From positions 322,522 through 386,521 of the forward strand of contig CBDCHN010000007.1 of NCBI GenBank assembly GCA_965217305.1: a stretch of DNA of 64,000 bases. The letters run 5' to 3'. The DNA comes from Cyclobacteriaceae bacterium. GTDB lineage: Bacteria; Bacteroidota; Bacteroidia; Cytophagales; Cyclobacteriaceae. A program made the position numbers and the translations under genes. Below are positions 63,802 through 64,000 of the stretch, piece by piece (the first letter of the stretch is position 1; each line of letters opens with the position of its first letter). The notes under the pieces were generated by a model. The model was not told the origin of the DNA, searched no databases, and was given only the letters and a program-made list of their open reading frames with translations.

Positions 63802-64000
63802 CAAAACTTAAAGTTATAAGTAACCGAAGGAAACGGACGCCCCAGAATCGCCAGTTGGTAGGCCGACAGGGTGCCGCCCCCATCGTTCAGGAAGAAGACC
63901 GAGTACGGATTGTCGCGCCCGTAGAGATTGTACAGCGCAAAGGTCCAGCTCGAGTCCCACTCCTTCTTTTTCTTCAGGTTGCCGTCCACCGAGAACGACA
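63801..64000 (-). CDS. TonB-dependent receptor, C-terminal fragment (rest outside window)
   Basis: ..FALYNLYGRDNPYSVFF..GRPFPSVTYNFKF* is the terminal beta-strand ending in F. The frame stays open to the window edge. Confidence 0.75.
   Translation of the reverse strand, partial: SFSVDGNLKKKKEWDSSWTFALYNLYGRDNPYSVFFLNDGGGTLSAYQLAILGRPFPSVTYNFKF

Noticed and set aside
1-64000. tRNA, rRNA, tmRNA, RNase P, known riboswitches, IS elements, integrases
   Set aside because: I scanned all gaps of about 100 nt or more by eye and found no cloverleaf-like, rRNA-like or known riboswitch consensus sequence. No transposase or integrase ORF is in the track. A proper tRNAscan/Infernal run would be needed to exclude small RNAs.

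Overview
Hand annotation, without tools, of a 64-kb chromosomal window that looks like a Bacteroidota genome, probably Cytophagales-type. Most of it is GC-rich (roughly 55-65 % by eye) housekeeping, envelope and sugar-metabolism DNA: uxuA 3' end, PmoA-like/ThuA fusion, Gfo/Idh/MocA oxidoreductase, UvrD/AddA-like helicase, DUF1501 + PSD1 (DUF1549/DUF1553) pair, tadA, lysS, three SurA/PpiD-type chaperone genes + MoxR ATPase, arsR-arsM, GH32 fructosidase, tatC, glyA, pheA, hemH, mscL, ROK kinase, DUF1080, aldo-keto reductase, ssb, an HxlR-associated redox pair and a TonB-receptor/DUF4249 cluster. AT-richer accessory patches interrupt this backbone. I recognised no rRNA, tRNA, CRISPR array, transposase or integrase. 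Most worth follow-up: (1) Three tandem double-FtsX permease paralogs without an ATPase each carry the same upstream cis-element, two CACTGCA-type direct repeats exactly 21 bp apart. Copies 2 and 3 share a ~128-nt conserved block, and toxin-antitoxin debris plus an HU-like gene sit between the paralogs. (2) A mosaic, defence-like accessory island (33.1-36.8 kb) holds a divergent UDG-fold protein, a helical hypothetical, five exactly 41-bp-phased repeats with a TGCC-N6-GGCA dyad, and a BglII-like type II R-M pair. (3) arsR-arsM is followed by a translationally coupled UbiA-like membrane protein + SAM methyltransferase. Two Uma2 endonuclease paralogs bracket the block, and it carries two related ATCGTA-N4-TRCGAT dyads. 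(4) A membrane-anchored archaemetzincin-like protein has all its zinc ligands replaced. (5) Smaller items: a frameshifted Omp85-family gene, an orphan antitoxin with a 21-codon toxin stub, a perfect 48-bp palindrome, and a dispersed GGATG/TGGAT-word repeat family that includes a G.U-rich strand-specific hairpin over a start codon. Coordinates were derived by hand from the printed sequence and the ORF track and may be off by a few nt. Family assignments come from motif recognition and memory, not from searches.
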